This document shows positions 1 through 10,051 of a stretch of 64,000 nucleotides of DNA, piece by piece. A program made the position numbers and the translations under genes. Position 1 is the stretch's first letter. The number at the start of each line of letters is the position of its first letter. The notes under the pieces are model-generated. The model made no database searches, was not told the DNA's origin, and worked only from the letters and a program-made list of their open reading frames with translations. The stretch comes from an uncultured virus (IMG/VR IMGVR_UViG_3300006736_000006) (taxonomy: Duplodnaviria; Heunggongvirae; Uroviricota; Caudoviricetes): IMG/VR virus record IMGVR_UViG_3300006736_000006. The stretch is one strand, 5' to 3'.

Positions 1-108
1 AAATTGCTTGAGTTGTGCTACATAAGATTCTTTTAAAATATCTTCTTCATTTAAATGAAGAGAATTTCTTATTGTTTCTTTAAGGTCTTTATTCGTAAAA
101 CTTGACAT
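1..108 (-). CDS. Hypothetical protein, 5' part only (runs off the window)
   Basis: Manual translation from ATG at 108: MSSFTNKDLKETIRNSLHLNEEDILKESYVAQLKQF. The start overlaps the TAA of the upstream ORF. Not in the ORF track. Confidence 0.65.
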   Translation of the reverse strand, partial: MSSFTNKDLKETIRNSLHLNEEDILKESYVAQLKQF

Positions 109-374
109 TAATGCCTCTCATAATCTTTAAATTCTTCACTAGGTATAAGTATTCTTTTACCGGGCCTAAAGCACAAAATCTTAAAATTAGATTCACCATC
201 ATTAGATAAAATTGCTATCACTGTATAGACCAATTTAGATTCTTTATGTCTTATCTTAAGGCCAGGCTTTATAATTATTCTTTTTTCATCACCTTTTCCT
301 ATAGAAACATCAAGGTTTTCGTGTTGAATTCCTTCAATAATCTTAATCATATCTTCTGCAGAAAAAACTTTCAT
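108..374 (-). CDS. Hypothetical phage protein
   Basis: 88 aa ORF coupled to both neighbours by TAATG overlaps. Confidence 0.65.
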   Translation of the reverse strand: MKVFSAEDMIKIIEGIQHENLDVSIGKGDEKRIIIKPGLKIRHKESKLVYTVIAILSNDGESNFKILCFRPGKRILIPSEEFKDYERH

Positions 375-1240
375 TATCTGGCCTCAGGAAAGGAGGTAGA
401 CCTATCATATTCAAATAGTTCAAAATCCTTATCATATAAATTAAAAAATCTTTCTTTGATATTTGGAAAGTCTTCCCATGAAGACTCTCTACCTGGAGTA
501 AAATTATGATAATTTTTATTTATTTTGGGCATAGTATCAAGCAGATGAATGATTTTTAGATCCTTTAGGTCAGATATCATTTTCTTTATATCTGTTTCAA
601 GCCTATAGACATTCGTATTATCAGAATTATATAGGTGCATCGGGCATGGAACTGCACCGATTGTTTCAAAGTCGTCACCCACCTCTCTAATCCAGTCTTT
701 CAAATATAAGTCTATCAATTCTGGCCACGATGACATCTCTAACTCTTTATTAAGGTTTTCTTCTAGCCACACATACCCGTAATTTATCTTTGCAATAAGG
801 TTGGAGTCACTCCAGCTAGATGTAAAAATGCTTCCAATCTTATCTAAAACCTGATCCTCTGGCATGTCTCGAATGTCATGAATGCCTATTTTTTCAAAAA
901 AACTAATAAAATCCTCAGGGTCAATTGAAGCACCCAGGCTTAACAATTCTTGAGCAGCTCGATCAAATTGATGAAGAATTGTCATTTGTAAATGTGAAAC
1001 TACTCTAGACATTGGATTTCTAACAATAGAAAATTCAAAATCTACGTTTTTAGTCTCGTCCCACAGACTCCAAAACTTATAAGGTGCGTGACCGTGGCCT
1101 GAAACTCCTGGACAAAACTCCCGAGGCTCATTAATTCTATTCCACCCGTTAGATTCAAGCAGCTTTCTTACAGACATTCCTGCTGTCTTAGGAATATGAA
1201 TGAAGTGAATCTTTTTGTCATCTCTCTGGTATACAGGCAT
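374..1240 (-). CDS. Sulfotransferase family protein (Sulfotransfer_2-like)
   Basis: 5'-PAPS-binding motif FIHIPKTAG, 3'-PB motif IVRNPMSRVVS and C-terminal LYDKDFELFEY. Confidence 0.8.
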   Translation of the reverse strand: MPVYQRDDKKIHFIHIPKTAGMSVRKLLESNGWNRINEPREFCPGVSGHGHAPYKFWSLWDETKNVDFEFSIVRNPMSRVVSHLQMTILHQFDRAAQELLSLGASIDPEDFISFFEKIGIHDIRDMPEDQVLDKIGSIFTSSWSDSNLIAKINYGYVWLEENLNKELEMSSWPELIDLYLKDWIREVGDDFETIGAVPCPMHLYNSDNTNVYRLETDIKKMISDLKDLKIIHLLDTMPKINKNYHNFTPGRESSWEDFPNIKERFFNLYDKDFELFEYDRSTSFPEAR

Positions 1241-1278
1241 AAATCTCTCTATCGTAAATTAAATATGATGTAGATTAA

Positions 1279-1680
1279 CTAATATTTTCTAACAATGACT
1301 TCAGACTCTAAAAGTAGATCTACTCCTGACCTGTCTCTATATTCTTCATTATAGACAACTTCACTAATTCCAGAATTTATAATGGCTTTTGCACACATTC
1401 TACATGGTGAAAGAGTAACATAAAGTATTTTTCTCTTAGGGTTGTTATAGTCCATCTTTAACAGCGCATTAATTTCTGCATGTAGCATTCCAGATTCACC
1501 GGGAACATATGATTCAACCTCATTGGGTCCTCCAGAATGATTTCCATTATATCCTACTGCCAAAATCTGTGTGTTATCACCTGTTACAACAATAGCTCCA
1601 ACTTGGTGACGAGGATCATAAGATCTTCGCGATATTGACTGTGCAAACTGCATCCAGATTTCATCCCATTCAGGCCTCAT
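1279..1680 (-). CDS. dCMP deaminase family protein
   Basis: QVGA, GYNG, HAEINA and SPCRMC zinc-deaminase motifs. Confidence 0.9.
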   Translation of the reverse strand: MRPEWDEIWMQFAQSISRRSYDPRHQVGAIVVTGDNTQILAVGYNGNHSGGPNEVESYVPGESGMLHAEINALLKMDYNNPKRKILYVTLSPCRMCAKAIINSGISEVVYNEEYRDRSGVDLLLESEVIVRKY

Positions 1681-1683
1681 TAT

Positions 1684-2439
1684 TCACATACTCCTAAGCG
1701 GTGAATCTATAAATCTATGTGAAAAGCTCCCATTAATCTCCATCTTTAATTTTGTCTCATACATGTAATTCGCACCTGGTTCACATGTAAGTTTTATAAA
1801 ATTTTTCTGATGTAAGATGCAGAAATCGGCGCCTTTGATTTCCTGATCACCATCGCCAACCAGCATAGAATAGCAAGACCATCTACTGTCTGAATTTTTC
1901 ACAAAATCATCTACTGCACTTCTTACACCTTGTTTTTTTGTATTCTTTCTAGGTGTTGTGTCTGATACATCTGAATAGTGCTCGTACTCGCTATAGTATA
2001 GATCTTTTTTTTCCCACTTTCCAAAATAATCATCACAAATAATTAGAGATGTTGGGTGACATAAGTCTTGAATCATTTCTAATTCTTTGGAGACTGTGTG
2101 ATAATTGTGATCACCATCTACAAGAACTAGATCATATTTTAAATTCTCCTCTATTAGCACTTGTAAAAGGGATAAGCTATTTCCTTTTATCAGATTTACA
2201 TTAGGACTATCTTCCAGCTGATTAACACTTACATTGAGCATTGCTGTAAGAGACTGTATAACAGAGTCTTGAATAACTAGATCAATTCCCTCGTATAGAA
2301 ATCTGTTACACTCTAATGTTAAGTTGTGAATCAAAGGTATTGAAGTTTGACCTTTATCCACACCTATCTCTAGAATTCTGGGATTATCTATTCCTGATAA
2401 AAAAGACATTATTGGCTTTGCAAACGCCTGATACGACAT
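1684..2439 (-). CDS. Class I SAM-dependent methyltransferase (Methyltransf_24-like)
   Basis: ILEIGVDKG, YDLVLVDGDHNY, IICDDY and GVRSAVDDF motifs. Confidence 0.8.
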   Translation of the reverse strand: MSYQAFAKPIMSFLSGIDNPRILEIGVDKGQTSIPLIHNLTLECNRFLYEGIDLVIQDSVIQSLTAMLNVSVNQLEDSPNVNLIKGNSLSLLQVLIEENLKYDLVLVDGDHNYHTVSKELEMIQDLCHPTSLIICDDYFGKWEKKDLYYSEYEHYSDVSDTTPRKNTKKQGVRSAVDDFVKNSDSRWSCYSMLVGDGDQEIKGADFCILHQKNFIKLTCEPGANYMYETKLKMEINGSFSHRFIDSPLRSM

Positions 2440-2460
2440 TAAAAAACTCTCTCATAACAA

Positions 2461-3504
2461 TTAGGATTCTTTATCATCAGCTTGCTGAGTCTCGCTGTCA
2501 TCTGTCTCTTCTTGTCCTTGATCTTCTTTTGTGTCTGTCTCAAGCTCATCTAATATTGCCTCCATCTGATCGACTGCCTCTTCCTTGTCGACATCTCCTT
2601 TTTCTTCTAGGGACTGTCGAATCTCCTTGAGTGCCTCTCTTGCAGGTGTTGTATCAACTATCGGCTCATCAACTACATCAAATAGATCATCAACTATAGT
2701 TTCTCCTGATAGAGAGAATCCTGCAGCCTTTTTATGGCCGCCTCCCCCAAATTCCTTAGCTATTTCACAAACATCAATTGAATCATGAAATGATCTCAGG
2801 CTGACTTTTATATTTCTATTTTCATGATCATAATACCATATCACTGCAAAATCGCAATCTGGAGAAAGTCTAGCTCCAATCTCAGACATCCAGTGAGATG
2901 AGTTAACAACTAAAACATCCATGCCCTTGAACTTTCTAGGCTTCGCCTTTTCACATACTTTTTTAACAACAGTCTTAGAGTATGCCAAAATATATGATCC
3001 CCGCTTGACTGCATCATCAAAAACAGAGTCATCCTCAAACTTTAAAAATTCTTCAAATTCAAATGGGACCATATCAAACGCAGCAGAAAACTCTTTTGAA
3101 TACTCAAGTTCCCACTTCCAAAGATCCCTATCTTCGATATACCGAATAAACTTAGGGGGCTCTTTTCCAGGATGAAAAAATTCCCATGCTAGCATCGCGC
3201 CACTCTTAGTCATATCAAAATGAGTATTAGAAATATCATGAAGCTCAATCATGGCGGACTTATGATGATCAATCACTATCAAGCCATCTGCCTCTTCAGT
3301 CATATTCTTTATCGTAGTATTATCATATGAAAAATCAAGAATTGCAACAGTTTTACCCGTAACGTCTGGTGGTAGAGATCCGTGCTTAGCAGGATAGTAT
3401 TCAGCTTTTTTCCCCAAACACTTCCATGCTGAATATGCAGCTCCAAACCCATCAGAACAATCTGCATGATAAATTATAAGGTCGACACTGGTTGGCTCGA
3501 TCAT
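2461..3504 (-). CDS. DHH/DHHA1 phosphoesterase with acidic C-terminal tail
   Basis: YHADCSDG, ILDFS, IDHH, SLRS and GGGGHKKAAG motifs. Confidence 0.9.
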   Translation of the reverse strand: MIEPTSVDLIIYHADCSDGFGAAYSAWKCLGKKAEYYPAKHGSLPPDVTGKTVAILDFSYDNTTIKNMTEEADGLIVIDHHKSAMIELHDISNTHFDMTKSGAMLAWEFFHPGKEPPKFIRYIEDRDLWKWELEYSKEFSAAFDMVPFEFEEFLKFEDDSVFDDAVKRGSYILAYSKTVVKKVCEKAKPRKFKGMDVLVVNSSHWMSEIGARLSPDCDFAVIWYYDHENRNIKVSLRSFHDSIDVCEIAKEFGGGGHKKAAGFSLSGETIVDDLFDVVDEPIVDTTPAREALKEIRQSLEEKGDVDKEEAVDQMEAILDELETDTKEDQGQEETDDSETQQADDKES

Positions 3505-4083
3505 TTAGCTATCCTCGGACTGATTCATAAAGCTATGATGAAACCAGCATCTCGGTTCATAAAGTTCTGATCCACCAATAGATATTTCATTTAGATCGTC
3601 AAATTTTTTGTGTGTATAAAAGGCATCTAGCCCAGTAACTGTACAGACAGCAGGACAAACTTCAATCTTTGTGGCCCAAGGCATCATGTCACGAACTTCT
3701 TCAAAGACATTACCACTAGCAGATAATTGCAAAGATGATACAAGTATCGTCTTTCCCATTCTAAATAGCTTCAATAGAGCATCTGAAACACCGTCTATCA
3801 TAAAAGCCTCATCTACAGCAACAACATCGACGTCACTGTGAACATTCTCCAATATATCTAATCCAGTTCCAACAACTTTTGCCTCAATTGTTCCACCACT
3901 ATGTGTGCAAATTTCTCCCTTAGAATATCTATCATCTAGTCTTGGCTTGAACGCAGCAACACTTCTATTCTGATATTTGAACCTATCTATGTGAGCAAGT
4001 AGTCGCGTAGTTTTTGATCCAAACATTGGGCCTGTAAAAATTATAAATTCAGGAGCTCTTCTCATCACCTCTTCCATAGTCAT
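3505..4083 (-). CDS. tdk: Thymidine kinase
   Basis: GPMFGSKTT P-loop, KPRLDDRY, VDEAF and GGSELYEPRC. Confidence 0.92.
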   Translation of the reverse strand: MTMEEVMRRAPEFIIFTGPMFGSKTTRLLAHIDRFKYQNRSVAAFKPRLDDRYSKGEICTHSGGTIEAKVVGTGLDILENVHSDVDVVAVDEAFMIDGVSDALLKLFRMGKTILVSSLQLSASGNVFEEVRDMMPWATKIEVCPAVCTVTGLDAFYTHKKFDDLNEISIGGSELYEPRCWFHHSFMNQSEDS

Positions 4084-4468
4084 CCTTTATTCTAAATGGA
4101 ATATCATTTAAAAAATTTCCAATCTCTACTACTCTAGAGTTTTCTATAGCTGATATTCTATATGGGCACCTAGACTGAACATTGAGACTATCACCTACAC
4201 CTAATCTTTCTGTCTTTAATGGGTGAGATTCTGGAAAATCTAGCGATAACTCATCGCCATAAGTTACATCTATACTTCCAGATATCACTATTAAAGATTC
4301 ACATTTCTGTGGATTGAATTTTAAACTTGTTCTGTGTCCCTGTTCGATAAAAAGAAGCTTGCCATGCCCTGCCGTAAATGAAGACCAGCTATGCTCACGG
4401 CCCCACGGCTTTTTATTGATATTCCATCCCCTAGAAACCCATGCTGTCTTGATATCGTCATGCTCCAT
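4049..4468 (-). CDS. Cupin-fold protein (mannose-6-phosphate isomerase C-terminal-like)
   Basis: KPWGRE...SL...K.E...R..DDYGR pattern. The usual metal-binding His residues appear replaced. Start placed at the internal MEHDD. Confidence 0.7.
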   Translation of the reverse strand: MEHDDIKTAWVSRGWNINKKPWGREHSWSSFTAGHGKLLFIEQGHRTSLKFNPQKCESLIVISGSIDVTYGDELSLDFPESHPLKTERLGVGDSLNVQSRCPYRISAIENSRVVEIGNFLNDIPFRIKDDYGRGDEKSS

Positions 4469-5462
4469 CTTCAAGTTCCCACCATTCAATTGTTTTCTCA
4501 ATACCGTCCCAGAATCTAACTAGAGGTTCATATCCGAGCTCCTCTCTCGCTCTTGTAATATCAGCCTTTGTATGCATCACATCACCTGATCTCCACTCTG
4601 CATGCTGTATAACTGTATGTGAAAATTTACTTTTAAAATATTCAAGTATTTCGTTATTTGTTGTTCTATCTCCGCATGCAATATTATAACATCTCCCACC
4701 AAATACACGATCTGATGAAGCGGCAAGAATATTTGCATGAACAACGTTATCAACGTAGCATAAATCACGCGATTGAGTGCCGTCGCCGTCAGATCTAAGC
4801 GGCTTCATGTCTTTTGTTCTATGGCACCATGAAGAAACAGCTGTTGAATATGGTGAGTCTCCGTACTGGCCTGGACCAAAAACATTAAAATATCTTAGAC
4901 ATACAATATCCAAATCATATAAATTATAAAACATTTCTGCAAGATCTTCAATTGAACTTTTTTGCCACGCGTATGGTGACTTTGGATTCTTAGGGCTTGT
5001 TTCAGGAGTAGGGAGAGTATCAGCGCCCCCATAGACAGAAGACGAAGATGCCCAAACAACCCTATCAACACTTGATCTACATGCTTCAAATAATCGAACT
5101 GTCGATGAAATATTCACATCAGTCGTAATAGATGGATTTTCAACAGAATAAGACACACGAGGAACAGCAGCTTGATGAAAGATTACATTGTATCTTTGAT
5201 TAATGATATTGCCTAGCACATTGGGATGAGAAAAATCTCCCTGAATGACGTGAACATCATCAACACTCCTATTTGTCTTTTCATAAAATGCGGGCAATAA
5301 ATCTGCAGGTATAACTCTCAACTTGAGACCTTCTAATAGCTCAAGATGACCATTAGACATGTCATCTACTATATCAACTACCCATCCATCACTAACAAGC
5401 GATTTTGATAGGTTAGAACCAATAAATCCACAACCCCCAGTGACCAAAGCTCTTTTATTCAT
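4458..5462 (-). CDS. NAD-dependent nucleotide-sugar epimerase/dehydratase (extended SDR)
   Basis: VTGGCGFIGS, ASSSSVYG, YAWQK (YxxxK), LRYFNVFGP and GDGTQSRD. Confidence 0.92.
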   Translation of the reverse strand: MNKRALVTGGCGFIGSNLSKSLVSDGWVVDIVDDMSNGHLELLEGLKLRVIPADLLPAFYEKTNRSVDDVHVIQGDFSHPNVLGNIINQRYNVIFHQAAVPRVSYSVENPSITTDVNISSTVRLFEACRSSVDRVVWASSSSVYGGADTLPTPETSPKNPKSPYAWQKSSIEDLAEMFYNLYDLDIVCLRYFNVFGPGQYGDSPYSTAVSSWCHRTKDMKPLRSDGDGTQSRDLCYVDNVVHANILAASSDRVFGGRCYNIACGDRTTNNEILEYFKSKFSHTVIQHAEWRSGDVMHTKADITRAREELGYEPLVRFWDGIEKTIEWWELEDGA

Positions 5463-5483
5463 AAAACACCATCCTCTATCATT

Positions 5484-6389
5484 TTAACCAATAATGTGTG
5501 CAGAGTTTAAATTAAATCTTAATCTACACTTAATACATCCTATTCCAATTACTTTCCAGCATTTTGATGCCAAATAGTATAAAAATTTTAAATCATGTGG
5601 AAATGTCGTTGCAACATCTGTTGATCTTAAAACAACATTAAAGTCCATTATATTATTTCTTACTGCTACCTGTATAAAAGATATACATGATTTATCTGCG
5701 AATACGAACCTTCTGGATTCAAAACCCTCCACTCTATTATACTCATTTTCTCCAGAGAGCTCCATCTCAATTTTATGGATGAGACTATCATGAATCATGA
5801 AATAATATTCTTTTTCTGGCCCATAGGACATAGAAGACTCTGTAGACTCTTCAAACTTTCCATCATCATAAAGTGTGAATGAAAGCGGATAAGACTCATT
5901 AGAGATATTTTTTACAAATTCTGATACTTGATCAGAGACTTCTTTTAGCATGCACCTTTCAACGATATCTAGATATGCAGACAGCTTGCCCGCTATTTCA
6001 CCTGTATCATCACCACCATATCCGGAAATATTTGGAAACTGTGATAAAAAAATATATGCATCTAAAAACTCATCATAGACTCTCTTTATTGATGAAATAT
6101 CTTTGTGAATTTCATCACCCCTTTTTAAAAATCTATCCTTAACAGTTTCAAAATCTGGATATAAAAATACAAACCTATTATTGAGATTTGATATCTCAAG
6201 ATGAAAATCAGACTCTAGGTTATCTAGATTTCTTTGATAAAGATCTGCAAATATTTTTCTTGAGATCTGTGATCTGTCATGAATATGCCGTCTATAGCCC
6301 GTGATATCATGAATCTTCCTAATCAGAGTTGTCTTTCCTGCACAATCTGATCCTTCGATAAATAAATTTTGCGTTGGAAATGTTAGCAT
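5484..6389 (-). CDS. dNMP kinase fused to a truncated thymidylate-synthase-fold domain
   Basis: N-terminus has IEGSDCAGKTT and HDRS (TMP-kinase-like). C-terminus has SRR..SCISFIQ..RSTD...FPHD...SAH, matching TS/dCMP-hydroxymethylase core motifs. Confidence 0.72.
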   Translation of the reverse strand: MLTFPTQNLFIEGSDCAGKTTLIRKIHDITGYRRHIHDRSQISRKIFADLYQRNLDNLESDFHLEISNLNNRFVFLYPDFETVKDRFLKRGDEIHKDISSIKRVYDEFLDAYIFLSQFPNISGYGGDDTGEIAGKLSAYLDIVERCMLKEVSDQVSEFVKNISNESYPLSFTLYDDGKFEESTESSMSYGPEKEYYFMIHDSLIHKIEMELSGENEYNRVEGFESRRFVFADKSCISFIQVAVRNNIMDFNVVLRSTDVATTFPHDLKFLYYLASKCWKVIGIGCIKCRLRFNLNSAHIIG

Positions 6390-9300
6390 TTAAACATCTA
6401 TCTTTTTCATCTTATATGTAGAAGTTGAGTATCCCCATGTTTCATTAGAGGATATCTCTGCCAGCCATATTGTATACAGCTCTGGAATTTGATTAAACTT
6501 ACTCCAGACACGAACCCACTTACTACTAGAATTATCGTCACAAACCCTCAGTCTATAAAATGTCTTTCCGTTCTTGGTCTTTTTTTCTATAATCTCCTCT
6601 ATGCAAAACCAAGCTATTCCTTTTTCATTTCCCTTAAGAGAACTTACAGGTTTGACTTGAGCAGCATTTATCTTTTTCATTATTGATGACGGGAATATTA
6701 TCTCTGAATCTACTCCTGACATCAAGTCAACCCCAAATGATATCTTAGACGATCTTTGCCAGTCAGGTAAATCATAAGACTCCCTTATCTTTTCAGGTAT
6801 GAAGTCTGGAACTGCTCCTGTTTCTTTCATTAGTTTTTTTGCAGCTGTCTTTGTGATTCCATGGCGGCCCTTCTTGAGAAGGTCATAGTTTCCAACTATA
6901 ATTTCGTGAAGCTGTCTGTGATTTTTAATCGTACCATTCGTCATCTCTTCTAAAGATCCAAAAGCCTCTACCTTACATAGAGAATCAAAACAAGTTTTAT
7001 TCATCTTAGATGGCTTCCACTTTCCGTCCTCTGTAAACAGCAGCTGATCGATGTCTTTGAATGGCCTCCGATCTAAAATTTCTTGCACAGCAGCAGATCC
7101 CACACCCTTGATAGCTGTTAACGGCGGAACAAACCCGCCCCTTTCTTCAGAAAATACCCACACATCAGAAGATGTATTAATATCTGCCTGAAGAATTTTA
7201 TACCCAATTGATTTAATTTCAGAAATAATTTTTCCAAATTTTGGAGAGCCGTTCCACGTCTGAAGACAGGTAGCTAGCCACTCCTTTTCATAATGTGTAT
7301 GCATCCATGCAGAATAATAAGAATCTATAGCATACGCTACTGCGTGACTCTTATTGAAACCATACCCAGAAAAAGCCTCAATTGTCTCATAAAGAGATGT
7401 TGCTTTTTCTCTATCCATGTTGCTGACGGTTACTGCTCCATCAATAAAGTCCTTTCTAAGTTTAATGCGCTCCCCTACCTTCTTATCATTCTGGTCAAGA
7501 GACTTCTTAACAAGTGTTTTTCTCATCTTGTCAGAAGCACCCTTGTCGAATCCGGATAGCTTCTGTGCTATAAGCATAAACTGTTCCTGATATATAACAA
7601 ATCCTCTACTTTCTGAAAGAATCTCCTCTAATACTGGATGATCATATTTAATAAGATTAAGATTTTGGCCCGCCTTTACATACTTCCTGTGAACATTAGC
7701 TGTGAGTGGGCCTGGTCTATAAATCGCTGTGATAGCAGACAGATCTTCAATACATCTAGGCTTGGCAGCTATGCAAAACTTTCTAGCGCCGGTGTTGGTA
7801 AATTGAAAAATTTGAACAAATCTACCTGCATGATAGATATACTCCCAGACCTTTTGATCATCTAGCTTGTGATATCTGCTGCTTAAATTCTCATCAAAAA
7901 ATTTATTGATTTGATCAAAATTAGGATTTTCAACTCCCTGACTTCTAAGAATTAGTCTTATTGTGTCCTCAACCATCTTCAGGGTAGCAAGTCCGAGAAA
8001 ATCAAACTTAAGAAATCCATTCTCTTCAAGATGTCTAAAGTTCATGCCCTCTGACCACGGTGTTTGTAGATCACCTCTCACCTTGATGACAGGCATGTTG
8101 TCTTCAAGATTTGGGCACACCAGCACGCCACCTGCATGTCTTCCAATACTTCTAATCTCCATGAATAGATTTTTAACATGCTCCTGTACTTTGGGATATT
8201 TTTTCATAAACTCCCTGTACGATTCACTATATTTTTCACAATCTTCATTTGTCAAAATATATGTCGACTTTTCCTCATGGTCTCCCATTGCGAGAGGCTG
8301 GACCTCTCTTTCAAGAGGATTTGTCATTGCGTTCACCTCATCAAAGGGAATACCATAGAACTTAGAGACATCCTTTATAAGAGACTTTAGTTTCAATGTA
8401 TTAAAGTTTGAAACTGGAATTACAGAATCCTCTCCAAAAAGCTCCCTAGAAACATCAATAAGAACATCTCTATCCGCTACATCGGAATCTATATCTGGCC
8501 ATGCAACCTTATGAAGACCTAAAAATCTCTCAAATAGTAGGCCATATTCAAGGGGATCTATGTGCGTGATACCCAAAATATAATTCACAAGGCTACCGCT
8601 TCCTGATCCTCTTCCAGGGCCCAATAGTGTTCTATTTCCCGCCTTTTCAAACACCTTTGTTAGAGTCAAAAAGTAGTTCTCGAATCCTAGCGCTTTAATC
8701 ACAGAGAGCTCTTCTGTGACTCTACTAATATACTCTTGATTTTCATGCAAGCCGTGCTCAATCATTCTCTTCTTGACAAGCTTTATAAGCTGATTAATTG
8801 CGCTAACGTCTGGTGTGCTGAAATCTGGAAGTTTTGCTGAAGAATCAAACCAGACCTCTTCACACATCTGCCACGCTATGTCATGAGTTCTTTCAATCGC
8901 ATCCTTAACAATCTCTTCACTGTCCTTATAGAAGTCATATTTTTCCCACTGATCCTTGAAGGCATCCCACATTTGGAATGAATTTTTAGGATAGAGTTCA
9001 CATTTTAAATCTTCTTTACTAGGAAGCTCTGGCATGTCATCACCTCTTTGACCCATTCTTCCAAGAAGTCTATATAGCTCTCTAGCCTCCCATAAGTCTG
9101 GATGACAATAATGTGAATCAGCTGTGGCTATGAGCGGAATGCCTGTTTTTTCAGATAGTCGAAGAAGACATCTATTTGTGAGATCCTGCGCGGGAAATCT
9201 ATTAAATTGAATTTCAAGAAAAAAGTTTTCTTTTCCTACAGCATCAATAAATCTGTCTGTGGAATTTTCAAGCTTTCTCATGACGCTGTTTAAAATAACG

Positions 9301-9980
9301 GGATCATCAACGAGCTCTGGAGCTAAATCTTCAAATGACTTATCTGGAAAGTGTTGAAAAATTAATCCCGACATCCTTCCGCCAACACATGCTGTGGATA
9401 CAACAAGCCCTTCACTATGCTCCTTGAGCATCTTAAAATCTATTCTAGGAAATCTGTAAAATCCATATTTAAATGATTTTTTTATGAGCTTGAATAAGTT
9501 TTGAAGGCCAGTAAAGTTTTTAGCTACGACAACCAGATGATACCTTCTCTTCCACTCGGGATAGCTTTTTCCTTTAGATGACTTTGACTCAGACTCATTC
9601 TCAATAATAAGCCCTTCTGTTTCTTCGCCAGAATCATCTGTTTTTAAACTCTTCTTATTTATCTTTTTAAGCCTGACATTTTCTCTATGTTCCTCATAGT
9701 CATCTCTCCACTCGCTTAATGAATCTACGAAGTAGAATTCACATCCATAGATGTGTCGATAGTCTACACCCTTATTTTTTAATTTTTTAGAATATGTGTG
9801 AGCATGAGCAGCTGAATTCATGTTACCATGATTTGTCAACGCAAATGCATTCATACCGTTCTCCAAGATAAAATCGATATGCTGGTTAGGATAACCTAGC
9901 CCATCGTATACACTTGAACCATCATGTGCATGCAATCCAACAAACTGTTTGGGAATAGAAAATTTATTAAAATCTGACAT
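6390..9980 (-). CDS. dnaE: DNA polymerase III alpha subunit (family C)
   Basis: PHP domain (LHAH..S, TNHG, GCEFY), GPGRGSGSGS, PDIDSD catalytic motif, KFDFLGL, YGFNKSHA and a C-terminal OB fold. Confidence 0.96.
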   Translation of the reverse strand: MSDFNKFSIPKQFVGLHAHDGSSVYDGLGYPNQHIDFILENGMNAFALTNHGNMNSAAHAHTYSKKLKNKGVDYRHIYGCEFYFVDSLSEWRDDYEEHRENVRLKKINKKSLKTDDSGEETEGLIIENESESKSSKGKSYPEWKRRYHLVVVAKNFTGLQNLFKLIKKSFKYGFYRFPRIDFKMLKEHSEGLVVSTACVGGRMSGLIFQHFPDKSFEDLAPELVDDPVILNSVMRKLENSTDRFIDAVGKENFFLEIQFNRFPAQDLTNRCLLRLSEKTGIPLIATADSHYCHPDLWEARELYRLLGRMGQRGDDMPELPSKEDLKCELYPKNSFQMWDAFKDQWEKYDFYKDSEEIVKDAIERTHDIAWQMCEEVWFDSSAKLPDFSTPDVSAINQLIKLVKKRMIEHGLHENQEYISRVTEELSVIKALGFENYFLTLTKVFEKAGNRTLLGPGRGSGSGSLVNYILGITHIDPLEYGLLFERFLGLHKVAWPDIDSDVADRDVLIDVSRELFGEDSVIPVSNFNTLKLKSLIKDVSKFYGIPFDEVNAMTNPLEREVQPLAMGDHEEKSTYILTNEDCEKYSESYREFMKKYPKVQEHVKNLFMEIRSIGRHAGGVLVCPNLEDNMPVIKVRGDLQTPWSEGMNFRHLEENGFLKFDFLGLATLKMVEDTIRLILRSQGVENPNFDQINKFFDENLSSRYHKLDDQKVWEYIYHAGRFVQIFQFTNTGARKFCIAAKPRCIEDLSAITAIYRPGPLTANVHRKYVKAGQNLNLIKYDHPVLEEILSESRGFVIYQEQFMLIAQKLSGFDKGASDKMRKTLVKKSLDQNDKKVGERIKLRKDFIDGAVTVSNMDREKATSLYETIEAFSGYGFNKSHAVAYAIDSYYSAWMHTHYEKEWLATCLQTWNGSPKFGKIISEIKSIGYKILQADINTSSDVWVFSEERGGFVPPLTAIKGVGSAAVQEILDRRPFKDIDQLLFTEDGKWKPSKMNKTCFDSLCKVEAFGSLEEMTNGTIKNHRQLHEIIVGNYDLLKKGRHGITKTAAKKLMKETGAVPDFIPEKIRESYDLPDWQRSSKISFGVDLMSGVDSEIIFPSSIMKKINAAQVKPVSSLKGNEKGIAWFCIEEIIEKKTKNGKTFYRLRVCDDNSSSKWVRVWSKFNQIPELYTIWLAEISSNETWGYSTSTYKMKKIDV

Positions 9981-9995
9981 TAATTACCTATTCCT

Positions 9996-10023
9996 AGTGT
10001 ACCACGATTTTGTGATATTTACA
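9996..10023 (-). promoter_or_regulatory. Putative sigma70-like early/middle promoter for dnaE
   Basis: TGTAAA-N16-TACACT. The same geometry occurs at 17436-17463 and 33617-33644. Confidence 0.5.
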
Positions 10024-10051
10024 CGAAATGAGTAATACTAAGAATTTTAAA

